From positions 34,233-98,232 of the forward strand of contig JBGCEP010000030.1 of NCBI GenBank assembly GCA_045106415.1: a stretch of 64,000 nt of DNA, written 5' to 3'. The stretch comes from Oligoflexales bacterium (GTDB taxonomy: Bacteria > Bdellovibrionota_B > Oligoflexia > Oligoflexales > Bog-1112). The notes below the pieces were generated by a model. It saw only the letters and a list, made by a program, of their open reading frames with translations, did not search any database and was not told the origin of the DNA. Numbering within the stretch: the stretch's first letter is position 1; every line of letters begins with the position of its first letter. Both the position numbers and the translations under genes were made by a program. Shown here one piece after another: positions 21,088 to 30,526 of the stretch.

Positions 21088-22324
21088 CTTCTTCGCCTAT
21101 ATCAAAAAGCCTTGTGTCGGCTTGCTCTAGAAAATCTCTTACTTTTCGTGAAATAGCACCTTCAATATCACCCCACTCAGTAACAATCTTAAAATCTTCC
21201 CCTTCTACTGAAGCATCTACCTTAAGGTGTGATAAAAAGTCCTCTGACACTATACCTTTTAGTTTTTCAAACATATTTTCATGAACATGAACATGATAGT
21301 TATCGTCTTTAACACCATCTGTAATAGCTTTTTGAATAACTTCAGAAAAAATCCTAGGGCTTTCTGCTAAAGCATGACCTAAAACCCCTTCACAAATTGC
21401 TGCTGTAAGCTCCTGAAAATTATCTTGTATTTTATTCATGATTTGTGGTTTTAAAGCTTGGATTTCTCTTAAAGCTTCTTGCATGTTTTGTAAATTGGTT
21501 TCAGTTTTTACTTTATGCTCATCTGCGGCTTGCTTTAAACCTTCTTCATAGCCTTGATCAAAACCACTCTTTTGGCCTTCTTGGATAGCTTGATTTTTTA
21601 ACTCCTCTAAATTATCTAAATGTTCTTTGTGTTCAATTTCTAAATTTTTCTGATTTTCTAATTCAGAATCAGTTGGCTTTAAATCTTGAGCGATATTTGG
21701 TTCAGAGGAATCATCAATATGAAACGTATCACGCTTTTCTTTTAAATCTGACAAAGGGTCGTTTTGGATCTCATTTTCAGGATGTATTGATAATGGATTA
21801 GCAGAATCTTGAGTTTCTTCTAAGACATTTAAATTACCGCTCTGTTCAGGAACTTTATTTTGATCTCGTTGGTTTTCCTCTTGATTAAATTCTGATTTTT
21901 CATTTTCAATATTTTTTGTTTCCCGCGTTCCATTCGGCTGATGACGCTTCTGATCCATTCTCGCAAAATGCTCTTCTAGCTCATTATCAAAATCTTCTTC
22001 TTCTTCTTGCGATAAGCCTTTTTTATGTAATGCTTTCTGCCTTGCTTCTTTCCAATCATTGTTAAAATCACGCGGCTTCATTGTTGGAGGAGCGTGATCT
22101 TCAGCTAATGAAGGAAAGACATTTGGTGGTAATGCAGTATTTTTTTCTACAACTTTTGGATCATGAAGGCGTGAGTGAACTATATTACCTGCAGGATTAT
22201 CCGGATAAATTGTAAAATCAGCATGCAGTTGATGAAAGTCAAAAGATTCAAGCTTTACAACTTTCATCAAACGAGCATTATGTTTAATAAAACGACCTTT
22301 GAGTTTATTACCATCATGTAGCAT
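21068..22324 (-). CDS. fliH: FliH-family protein with long acidic N-terminal extension
   Basis: GxxxG repeats EGQKSGFDQGYEEG; C-terminal VHVH...DASVEG..FKIVTEWGDIEG; upstream of fliI. Confidence 0.8.
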   Translation of the reverse strand: MLHDGNKLKGRFIKHNARLMKVVKLESFDFHQLHADFTIYPDNPAGNIVHSRLHDPKVVEKNTALPPNVFPSLAEDHAPPTMKPRDFNNDWKEARQKALHKKGLSQEEEEDFDNELEEHFARMDQKRHQPNGTRETKNIENEKSEFNQEENQRDQNKVPEQSGNLNVLEETQDSANPLSIHPENEIQNDPLSDLKEKRDTFHIDDSSEPNIAQDLKPTDSELENQKNLEIEHKEHLDNLEELKNQAIQEGQKSGFDQGYEEGLKQAADEHKVKTETNLQNMQEALREIQALKPQIMNKIQDNFQELTAAICEGVLGHALAESPRIFSEVIQKAITDGVKDDNYHVHVHENMFEKLKGIVSEDFLSHLKVDASVEGEDFKIVTEWGDIEGAISRKVRDFLEQADTRLFDIGEEDADPTV

Positions 22325-22333
22325 AAGAGCCTA

Positions 22334-23947
22334 TTATTGATTAGGATTCAACAACATACGAATCGCTTCTGTTGTACGTTTTGGTTCGTTTCTAGCAAGG
22401 AATAACACTTGCTCTTGAGGGGATAACTTATCGAATGGCACATCTTCTTGAATCTGCACATTTTGAATACTTCCCAACTCAAGGTCTGGTTTGTATTCTT
22501 CAACAATAGCTTGTGCTTCTTTTCTTTCTGGATCATACGAAAGCCACCGAAAATAAGGCCTTACAATAAAGACAAAGAATAAAACAAGTGCAAGAGCAGA
22601 GGAAGCCGAGACAGCCAAAGTTGATAAATACTCTCGATCTTCTTGTTTAATTTTACTTAATTCCATCATTTGAAATGGGTCTAATTGGAACATCATATTT
22701 TCAACAGTGATCACATCGCCACGAACTTCTTTATACCCAACAGCACCTTCAATAAGTTTTCGTATTTTAAGCATTTCTTCTGGGCTTCTTTCTTCAAAAG
22801 CCGGAGTAGAACCATCAATAGGATAAATTTGTTTACCGTCAACAATCACAGAAACTGTAAGTCGATTAATCGTTCCTAGCTGTAAAGTTTTTTGGCTCAC
22901 AGTTTTCGAAACTTCATAATTTAAAAGCTCTGTACTCTTCTCGCTTCCTGCTTTCGACCCTGAAGCTGCGAGTTGTTCTTGCTCCCCAGGTACGTTTGAC
23001 TTACTTCCGGGAATTCCTGTCGGATTTAACCCTTCACCACTCATGGTCATGCCACTACTGTTTTTAGATAAAACAGCAACATCATCAGGATCCACATCAA
23101 CGATACGTTGAGTTTCACGTGTAAAATCGATATCTGCATCAACTTTTGCTTCAACTCTATCTGGACCAACGACTCGGCCAACGATAGCTCGAATGCGTTC
23201 TTCCATACCAGATTCTATACTCTTTTTAAATTCCAAAAGATCTTGCGTTTGTTTTGTTCCTGGATCACGAGATTCAATCTCAGTTAACATTCGTCCATCT
23301 GAGTCAATAATTGTGATATTTGTTGGTTTTAATCCTTCTACAGAGTTTGACACAAGATGTTGAATTCCTTTCACTTGCTTTCGATCAATCCCTGCATTTC
23401 TTCTCGTTCGAATATAAACAGCTGCAGTGGGTTCTTTTTCTTCACGAACAAAAAGGCTAATTTTAGGTAAAACAATATGAACACGAGCAGATTGGATGCC
23501 ATCAATAGCGGCTATCGTTCTTGATAATTCTCCTTGAACAGCTCTTAGCCTTTGAATTTCTTGCTCAAACTGAGTTCGTGAAAAGTCTTCCTCATCAAAT
23601 GCTTCCCATCCAACAACACCTTTTTCAGGCAACCCTTCTTGAGAAAGTTTAATACGTAATGTTGCAAGTTGCTCAACAGGGACTTTGATTCCTTTAGCGT
23701 CAATCACATATTCATCAAATCCACTTCCCTGCAAATACCTTGTTACTTCTGCAACATCTTTTGACGTCAAATCAACAAAAAGATATCGCATTGTTGAACG
23801 CTCCTGTAGAAGCATAAGCGTCATCAGTCCACCACCTATAAATAAAAAGGCTATTCCCATCGCAATTTTTTGCACAAAGGATAATTTTTCCCAAATTTTT
23901 CGAGAAGCCTCAAAAATATTATTAAAGATTGAACTGATTTGATCCAC
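22334..23947 (-). CDS. fliF: Flagellar MS-ring FliF
   Basis: RAVQGELSRTI, ARVHIVLP, SNSVEGL, GIPGSKSN, NYEVSKT; two TM segments. Confidence 0.95.
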   Translation of the reverse strand: MDQISSIFNNIFEASRKIWEKLSFVQKIAMGIAFLFIGGGLMTLMLLQERSTMRYLFVDLTSKDVAEVTRYLQGSGFDEYVIDAKGIKVPVEQLATLRIKLSQEGLPEKGVVGWEAFDEEDFSRTQFEQEIQRLRAVQGELSRTIAAIDGIQSARVHIVLPKISLFVREEKEPTAAVYIRTRRNAGIDRKQVKGIQHLVSNSVEGLKPTNITIIDSDGRMLTEIESRDPGTKQTQDLLEFKKSIESGMEERIRAIVGRVVGPDRVEAKVDADIDFTRETQRIVDVDPDDVAVLSKNSSGMTMSGEGLNPTGIPGSKSNVPGEQEQLAASGSKAGSEKSTELLNYEVSKTVSQKTLQLGTINRLTVSVIVDGKQIYPIDGSTPAFEERSPEEMLKIRKLIEGAVGYKEVRGDVITVENMMFQLDPFQMMELSKIKQEDREYLSTLAVSASSALALVLFFVFIVRPYFRWLSYDPERKEAQAIVEEYKPDLELGSIQNVQIQEDVPFDKLSPQEQVLFLARNEPKRTTEAIRMLLNPNQ

Positions 23948-23963
23948 TGGTTCCCCTTAAAAA

Positions 23964-24296
23964 TTAGACAGGCATTCTCATAACTTCTTGATATGCTTCA
24001 AGGGCTCTATTTCTAACTTGAACCATCAAATTAAAACTTAACTCTGCTTGACTTAAAGCCAGCATAGTTTCATGAATATTCTCAGTTTTTCCAGAAGCGA
24101 TATGGGAGGCCATTTGATCTGCATTTTTTTGAGATTCATCCACACTATTTACTGCTTCTTTTAGTGTTTCGCTAAAAGAAGCAGTTTGCCCTGATGATTC
24201 TTCAAAATTCGCTTGAAGTGGGCCCTGCCCTTCAGAAAGATCATTTTGTTTTTTCAGTGCTTCTCGAAAAAGATTCTGAAATTCAATTTTTGTCAT
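23964..24296 (-). CDS. fliE: Hook-basal body protein FliE
   Basis: IHETMLALSQAELSFNLMVQVRNRALEAYQEVMRMPV. Confidence 0.95.
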   Translation of the reverse strand: MTKIEFQNLFREALKKQNDLSEGQGPLQANFEESSGQTASFSETLKEAVNSVDESQKNADQMASHIASGKTENIHETMLALSQAELSFNLMVQVRNRALEAYQEVMRMPV

Positions 24297-24315
24297 AACC
24301 TACTCCTTTCATAGT

Positions 24316-24756
24316 CTAACGACCTATCTCTAATGCTCTCATTGCCATATCTTTAGCATCATTTAATGCTGTTGCATTGGCTTCATAAGCACGTGTTGCA
24401 GCAATCATATTCACCATTTCATTCATAATCTGAATATTTGGCATCGAGACATAGCCGTCTTGGTCGGCATCTGGATGTGACGGTTCAAAAACTCTTTTCG
24501 GTTCACGACTATCTTTATGGATATCGGTCACAGTTACAGATTTGAGCTGGGTATGCATTGTTTCATCGAGAAAGTCTTCAAATTCATTACTCACAGGAGT
24601 AGCTGAAAAAACAACATCTTTACGGCGATAAGGTCCACCTTCAGCTGTACGCGTTGTTTGAGCATTCGCAAGGTTTGAACTTAATAAGTTCATTCTTACC
24701 CGTTGTGCAGCAAGACCACTTGAACTAATTTTCATCGATTTAAAAAAACCGCTCAT
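24316..24756 (-). CDS. flgC: Proximal rod protein FlgC
   Basis: SNLANAQTTRT..GGPYRRK, PSHPDAD..GYV.MPN, RAYEAN. Confidence 0.96.
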   Translation of the reverse strand: MSGFFKSMKISSSGLAAQRVRMNLLSSNLANAQTTRTAEGGPYRRKDVVFSATPVSNEFEDFLDETMHTQLKSVTVTDIHKDSREPKRVFEPSHPDADQDGYVSMPNIQIMNEMVNMIAATRAYEANATALNDAKDMAMRALEIGR

Positions 24757-24768
24757 CCCTTAACCCCC

Positions 24769-25185
24769 CTATCGACCACCATTTACCGCATATCGAAGCA
24801 TCCCTATTTTTCTACGAAGTACTTCTGTCGTTGTTCTGTATAAAATTTGATTTTGAGCCATTTCCATCATTTCAAGATCAACGTCAACAGTGTTTCCATC
24901 TTCCCCAACACTTTCACTGGGCCGCACATAAACCTCAGGATCAAAACTTCCATCAGCTCGAGCAAAAGGGTGTTGTTTATGCCTTGGGTCTGATGTTTTT
25001 AGCTGAGCAGTTTCTGAGCTATCTTGAAACGCTTGAAGCTGGTCCTCAAAATCATAACCAAGCGCCCGAAACCCTGGGGTTTCGGCATTTGAGATGTTTG
25101 ATGACAAAACATGACTTCGTTCAACCCTTTGATCAAGGGATGCAATCTGAAGCCTATCTTGATAACTAAAGATCCCTTGCATCAT
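24769..25185 (-). CDS. flgB: Proximal rod protein FlgB
   Basis: SNISNAETPGF, DGNTVDVDLEM...NQILY. Confidence 0.95.
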   Translation of the reverse strand: MMQGIFSYQDRLQIASLDQRVERSHVLSSNISNAETPGFRALGYDFEDQLQAFQDSSETAQLKTSDPRHKQHPFARADGSFDPEVYVRPSESVGEDGNTVDVDLEMMEMAQNQILYRTTTEVLRRKIGMLRYAVNGGR

Positions 25186-26278
25186 GACCTTGGCTCCAGT
25201 TCATAGGGGGTGTGACATCAAAACCCGCAGCTGTATATTCATTAATTTTATTTCGCAGTGTTCTTAAGCTGATGCCTAATGTTTTTGCTGCATGAGTTCT
25301 ATTACCTCTATGATTTTTTAATGTCTCTAAGATGAAGTGTGTTTCAACAATCTTTAAAGGAGTTCCAATTGGAAGTGCTGAAATCCAATCACTTGCTAAC
25401 GAGCCTCCTTGGTTTTCTAAAGGAAGGTGCTCACACTGAATCACCTGACCATTTGCAACTATCGCAGCTCTTTGTACAACGTTATGTAATTCTCTAACAT
25501 TTCCAGGCCAATGATGTGCTTCAAGTCGCGCTTTTGCTTCATCAGAAAAGGTAAGATTTGGTTTATCAAAGTTTTTCGCACCTTCTTGTAAAAACAACTC
25601 ACCTAAATGGAGAATATCTTTTGGTCTCTCTCTTAGTGGAGGAATTTCAATGTGAAAAACATACAAACGATAGTAAAGATCTTGACGAAACTGTCCTTTT
25701 TTAATGGCCTCTAAAATATCTCTATTTGTCGTTGCAATAATTCGAGTGTCCACTGCTATAGGATCACTTCCGCCAATTCTTTGAATTTCTTTTTCTTGAA
25801 TTGCTCGCAATAATTTAGCCTGCAACCCAATTTCTATTTCTGTTATTTCATCAAGGAGAAGAGTCCCTCCTTTTGCTTGTTCGAATCGCCCCAGATGCCT
25901 TTGATGCGCTCCTGTAAAAGCTCCCTTTTCAAAACCAAAAAGCTCACTTTCTAGCAAAGTAGGTGGTAAAGCCGCACAATTTACAGCAATAAATGGACGG
26001 TCACCTTGATTTGCTGCATTATGCACAGCCCTTGCGACAACTTCTTTACCAACACCAGACTCACCTGTAATTAACACTGGGACTTGTGTATCCGCAATTT
26101 GCCAGATGATGTCTTGAATTCTCATCATTTTTTCGTCAGCTGTTGAAAAAAGCGTCTTTGCCACATCTTGGTTAGCTCTACGCCCCTGCCGACTTTGAAT
26201 AAAGTCAAGATAGGTGCTCGCTTGTGGGCGAGAAGAGTTCATTGCTGTAGCAAGACTGTTGAAACGAGAATTACTCAC
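25166..26278 (-). CDS. Sigma54-dependent enhancer-binding protein (AAA+ and Fis-HTH, no receiver domain)
   Basis: GESGVGKE, ESELFG..KGAFTGA, LLLDEI, WPGNVRELHN, GNRTHAAKTLGISLRTLRNK; probable start GTG 26278 after SD AAAGGA. Confidence 0.92.
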   Translation of the reverse strand: MSNSRFNSLATAMNSSRPQASTYLDFIQSRQGRRANQDVAKTLFSTADEKMMRIQDIIWQIADTQVPVLITGESGVGKEVVARAVHNAANQGDRPFIAVNCAALPPTLLESELFGFEKGAFTGAHQRHLGRFEQAKGGTLLLDEITEIEIGLQAKLLRAIQEKEIQRIGGSDPIAVDTRIIATTNRDILEAIKKGQFRQDLYYRLYVFHIEIPPLRERPKDILHLGELFLQEGAKNFDKPNLTFSDEAKARLEAHHWPGNVRELHNVVQRAAIVANGQVIQCEHLPLENQGGSLASDWISALPIGTPLKIVETHFILETLKNHRGNRTHAAKTLGISLRTLRNKINEYTAAGFDVTPPMNWSQGHDARDL

Positions 26279-26300
26279 GACGATTCCTTTCCATCCAGGT

Positions 26301-28604
26301 TTACTGGATAAGTTGCCTAAGTCGTTCTTTGGCAAGATTTGAATAAAAAAGACTGTCGCCATCCTGGCTCGCTTCTGTAAGAGCTTTCATAGCTTCTTCT
26401 CGACGACCTGATTTATAAAGAAGGAGTCCTCCTTTATAGAGAGCTTCTGCTCGCCCTCCCCAATCCACACTCTCTCTAGCTGTAAAAGCATAAAGACGAC
26501 CCGCTTTTAGCAGCTGATCAGCATGCCGATATTCTTCAGCAAGAGATATTAACTCTTCTGCCCAAACATCTTTTATTTGTTGATCTTCACTAAGATCAGC
26601 TGGCTTGAATTTCTTAAATAAAAGGATGGTTCTTCTGCGTTCTGAGTCCAAACCAAGTTTTTGAAACTTCATTCTTAATTGTACCAGCATTCTCATTTTT
26701 TCAAGAGTAGGAGAATACTGTTCTCTCCATTTAGAGTCAGATTGATTCACTTTAGAGTGAAGCGCATCTTCCCAAGTTTCTAGTATAATTTTAGAAGGTA
26801 TTGTCAAAATATCTGTGTTCATCATTGAGTCAACAAAATAATTTTGGTACGACAAACGAACATGATGTTTTTGTTCTTCTGTCATAGAAGACCAAATTCT
26901 TTTTAAAGATTGATCAGATTTTTTTTCAAGACTTCCATTTTGAGATCTCGCCGCAGCTTCAGCTAACCAAAAATAAGATTTAAATTTTAAATTTACGTTT
27001 TTTGATTTTTTTGAAATTTCATAAAATTTTTGCGCAGCGTCATCTTGGCCTAATTTACGGTAAGATTCAGCCACAGACCACGCTACTAGTGGGTTTTTCT
27101 TCACTTCCACAAAAAGATTAGGAATATTTTCCCACGACTCAATCACACCAATAAAATCTTCATCAGCACCCATCTGAATAAGATCTTTCTGGACTCTTTT
27201 AGAAATTTTCTTTAGAAGGAAAGCGACCCATGGATCTCTATCATGTTGGTATCTTTTCACCCATTCTTTTGCAAGATGACTTACACTAGAGTCCCATTTT
27301 CTTTTTAAAGACTCATGCAAAATTAAAGACAAAGAAAGAAAAGTACTTCTTCGACTTTCTACATTTTTCCAAGTTTTTATCAGATTTTTTAAACTTAATT
27401 TTGCAACTTTTGGAAACTTATCAACATGGCTATTCATTTGATTTGGTGATGTCCACCATATTTTTCTCAATTCTTTTTGAGCTCGCATCTCATAATCATT
27501 TTTTCCAAAATGAAGATTTTCTAAATCTGCCACTAATGTTTGGAGCTTTGCATTGTTTGAGCTTCTTACAGCCTGAATTGCTTGAATATCTAAATGTCTA
27601 AGCTGAGCCATACTGGCATAGATTTTACCTGGAAACCTCTCGGAGATAGCATCATAATAACCTTGCGCAAGAGTTAAATTACCTTGACCAAAATGTGTTT
27701 CTGCAAATGCCCAGAGATGAAGAGGTTCTTTAGAAAAAATTGAAGAATCATGAAACAATACTTGTTGATATGCAACAAAAGCTCTGTTTTCATGACCAAA
27801 ACTAAATAATTGCAAAGCATAATCAGCCATCGCTGAATAATCTTTCACCGCACTCATCTGTGCTTTTTTCTCCCAATCTTCACTTGGTTTTTTTCCATGA
27901 AGAGCAGAAACCTGCATAGGGAAAATATATTTAGGATATGTGGACCATGCTGGGCCTCTTCCTTTTGAGGATTTTTTCATAGCAACAGCCAACTCTTTTG
28001 ACTGTTTTAATTTTTTAGGAGCTGGCTGTAACAAACGTCTTTTGGGGCCATTTGATGTTTGCGATAGATCCTGATGAGAAGTCCCTGTTTTCATCTGCAT
28101 ACGACTACGTTTAGTCGCTCGATTTGTTTGCTGGGAAATTGAGTTTAAAGATGTTGCTGATACTGTTGCATCAGCATGGAATCTTTTTGCTGAGATCTGG
28201 GTTCGCCATTGCATAGGTGGCAAAGGTAAGCCTGTAATTGGATCTGTTTGCTTCTGATATTGATCATCAAAGAGTTCAATTGAAATACGGGGTGGATTTT
28301 TATATTCAGAGACTGTTGCTCTGACCTGAGCATCTCTAAAGGCAATTTTTAAGGTTACTAAAGATCCTGGAGATTCTTTTACAATAATTCTACGTATCAG
28401 CGTTTCATCATAGTGTTCTAAAGCTTTAAGCTCTTCAGAGTGAGTTCCTTCAATTTCTAAGATAAGAGTTTTTGATGCTTCCTGCATGGAGACATGTAAA
28501 GGTCTTGGCTCTGAGAGGTGAAAAACTAATTCACTATAACGACCAGCACAAAAACCAGCACTGCTCATTAAAAGAATGATCATCATTAAAAGTGTTCTCA
28601 GCAC
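26301..28604 (-). CDS. Exported protein: AMIN-like beta domain, linker and TPR repeats; first gene of the flagellar operon
   Basis: Signal peptide from GTG 28604 (SD GGAGAG); ELVFHL...LILEI...NPPRISIEL; TPR helices. The ORF-track TTG 28640 lies inside the sigma54 promoter. Confidence 0.7.
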   Translation of the reverse strand: MLRTLLMMIILLMSSAGFCAGRYSELVFHLSEPRPLHVSMQEASKTLILEIEGTHSEELKALEHYDETLIRRIIVKESPGSLVTLKIAFRDAQVRATVSEYKNPPRISIELFDDQYQKQTDPITGLPLPPMQWRTQISAKRFHADATVSATSLNSISQQTNRATKRSRMQMKTGTSHQDLSQTSNGPKRRLLQPAPKKLKQSKELAVAMKKSSKGRGPAWSTYPKYIFPMQVSALHGKKPSEDWEKKAQMSAVKDYSAMADYALQLFSFGHENRAFVAYQQVLFHDSSIFSKEPLHLWAFAETHFGQGNLTLAQGYYDAISERFPGKIYASMAQLRHLDIQAIQAVRSSNNAKLQTLVADLENLHFGKNDYEMRAQKELRKIWWTSPNQMNSHVDKFPKVAKLSLKNLIKTWKNVESRRSTFLSLSLILHESLKRKWDSSVSHLAKEWVKRYQHDRDPWVAFLLKKISKRVQKDLIQMGADEDFIGVIESWENIPNLFVEVKKNPLVAWSVAESYRKLGQDDAAQKFYEISKKSKNVNLKFKSYFWLAEAAARSQNGSLEKKSDQSLKRIWSSMTEEQKHHVRLSYQNYFVDSMMNTDILTIPSKIILETWEDALHSKVNQSDSKWREQYSPTLEKMRMLVQLRMKFQKLGLDSERRRTILLFKKFKPADLSEDQQIKDVWAEELISLAEEYRHADQLLKAGRLYAFTARESVDWGGRAEALYKGGLLLYKSGRREEAMKALTEASQDGDSLFYSNLAKERLRQLIQ

Positions 28605-28635
28605 AATCTCTCTCCAAGGTGTATCCATTGTATTG

Positions 28636-28651
28636 AGCAAATACCGTGCCA
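28636..28651 (-). promoter_or_regulatory. Sigma54 (-24/-12) promoter of the flagellar basal-body operon
   Basis: Minus strand TGGCACGGTATTTGCT matches the consensus TGGCACG-N4-TTGCW exactly. Confidence 0.9.
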
Positions 28652-28842
28652 GTTTTCAAACCGTTGCTATAAAGGCCTTGGACATTTTTTTGACATGAAT
28701 TTGGCATAGGCACGTCAATGAGATGACGAATGCGCCAATTTATCGTCAGAGGAGTCGGCATGATGACAGTTTCTAATGATTCTTCTTATGAAGCGTGTCT
28801 ATAATAAGGCGACTGACCCTTGATCACGACAAAGGAGCTGCT

Positions 28843-30270
28843 ATGCAGTGGACTGATAAAAAAATAGCCATCCTTGGGGATATGATTCTCGATGAATATA
28901 TTGACGGTGTTGTCACCCGCATCTCTCCTGAGGCTCCTGTCCCAATTCATAAAGCTGGTCAATCTTGGGTCCGCCCTGGTGGTGCATGCAATGCTGCAGC
29001 CAATATTCAATCTTTAGGGGGCCAAGCAATCATGGTTGGCCTGTGTGGCCATGATGCAACAGGCTCTCAACTACTCGAAGCTCTCGAAAAACTCGATGTT
29101 AATACCACTTATATCTCCAGACACCCTATTCAAACCGTCAAAAAAACACGTATCACATGCAAACACCAACAGCTTCTCCGTATTGATTGGGAAGAACCTC
29201 TTTCTCCAACCGAAGAACAACAGGATCAGCTCCTCACAGCACTTCACTCTTGTCATCCTGACGCCATTCTGTTGAGTGATTATGGAAAAGGCTTGCTCGG
29301 CGCGCCCTTTGTTCAAAAAGTCATTCAATTAGCAAAAGATTTGAACATTCCATGTATTATCGATCCCAAAGGAAAAGATTTTTCTAAATACCAAGGATGT
29401 GACCTCATCACCCCAAACCGCAGCGAAGCACTTGAAGCCACAAACTTATCTCCTCAGACAAAGCCAGCCGAGATTGCACAGCACATCCAACAAAAACACC
29501 ATATTAAACACGTCATGGTGACTCTCAGCGCAGAAGGCATTGCTCTACTGCAAAATGACGGTGTTTTTCTCCATCAGCGCCCTAAAGCTCGTGAAGTATT
29601 TGATGTTTCTGGGGCTGGTGACACTGTCGCTGCGGTTATGAGTCTGTCAATGGCAGCTGACTTGTCATTAAAGTCTGGTATGGAATATGCAAACTTGGCC
29701 GCCGGGTTAGCTGTTGAAAAATGGGGTACACAGTGTGTCTATTACAACGAGCTGGCAGACTTCAAAACGCATAAAAGTCATCATAAAATTTATGACGACA
29801 CACAGACTCTAAAAAAGCACATCGATCAACGACGGCAAAGTGGGCAGTCCATTGTATTTACAAATGGTTGTTTCGACCTCATGCATGCCGGTCATGTCCA
29901 TTATCTCGAAGAGGCTTCAGCCCGTGGTGATCATCTCATTGTTGCTGTAAACAGCGATCATTCGGTCAAAACTTTAAAAGGGCACACACGCCCTGTTACT
30001 CAGCTACGCCAAAGGATGGAAATGCTGGCTGGACTTGCCTGCGTGGGTTCTGTCATTAGTTTTGAAGAAACCACTCCTCTTTCTTTGCTTGCAGCACTCC
30101 AACCTCATTGCCTTGTCAAAGGGGGGGACTATAAGCCTTCTGAGGTAGTCGGTGCTGACCTTGTGGAAAATTACGGTGGACGTGTAGAAGTTTTAAGTCT
30201 CACACCTGAGATGTCAACGACTCATATGATTCAGAAGATTACAAATTCGAATGAACGGATTTCGATATAG
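28843..30270 (+). CDS. hldE: Bifunctional heptose-7-phosphate kinase / heptose-1-phosphate adenylyltransferase
   Basis: RISPEAPVP, LSDYGKG, DVSGAGDTV, FTNGCFDLMHAGH, VKGGDY; SD AAGGAG before ATG 28843. Confidence 0.95.
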   Translation: MQWTDKKIAILGDMILDEYIDGVVTRISPEAPVPIHKAGQSWVRPGGACNAAANIQSLGGQAIMVGLCGHDATGSQLLEALEKLDVNTTYISRHPIQTVKKTRITCKHQQLLRIDWEEPLSPTEEQQDQLLTALHSCHPDAILLSDYGKGLLGAPFVQKVIQLAKDLNIPCIIDPKGKDFSKYQGCDLITPNRSEALEATNLSPQTKPAEIAQHIQQKHHIKHVMVTLSAEGIALLQNDGVFLHQRPKAREVFDVSGAGDTVAAVMSLSMAADLSLKSGMEYANLAAGLAVEKWGTQCVYYNELADFKTHKSHHKIYDDTQTLKKHIDQRRQSGQSIVFTNGCFDLMHAGHVHYLEEASARGDHLIVAVNSDHSVKTLKGHTRPVTQLRQRMEMLAGLACVGSVISFEETTPLSLLAALQPHCLVKGGDYKPSEVVGADLVENYGGRVEVLSLTPEMSTTHMIQKITNSNERISI

Positions 30271-30278
30271 AAAAGATA

Positions 30279-30355
30279 TGGTGGCGAGGGGGGGACTTGA
30301 ACCCCCGACCTCCGGGTTATGAATCCGGTGCTCTAACCAGCTGAGCTACCTCGCC
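30279..30355 (-). tRNA. tRNA-Met (CAT), elongator type
   Basis: GGCGAGGTAGCTCAGCTGGTTAGAGCACCGGATTCATAACCCGGAGGTCGGGGGTTCAAGTCCCCCCCTCGCCACCA; G1-C72 is paired, so not fMet; Ile2 is not fully excluded. Confidence 0.9.
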
Positions 30356-30526
30356 ATGGCATAATTGCGGATTTAATATTATTTCAATACCTTCGTCAAG
30401 CTCTATTCTTTCTTTTAAATGAAAAGAGGCTTCGTGAGGGCTCTAGCCTTCCTTTGCACTCCGGTCTTAAGTCTCCTAAAATACCAACATCGTGTGCTTA
30501 GCTTCTATTCACCACAAGAGGAAATC

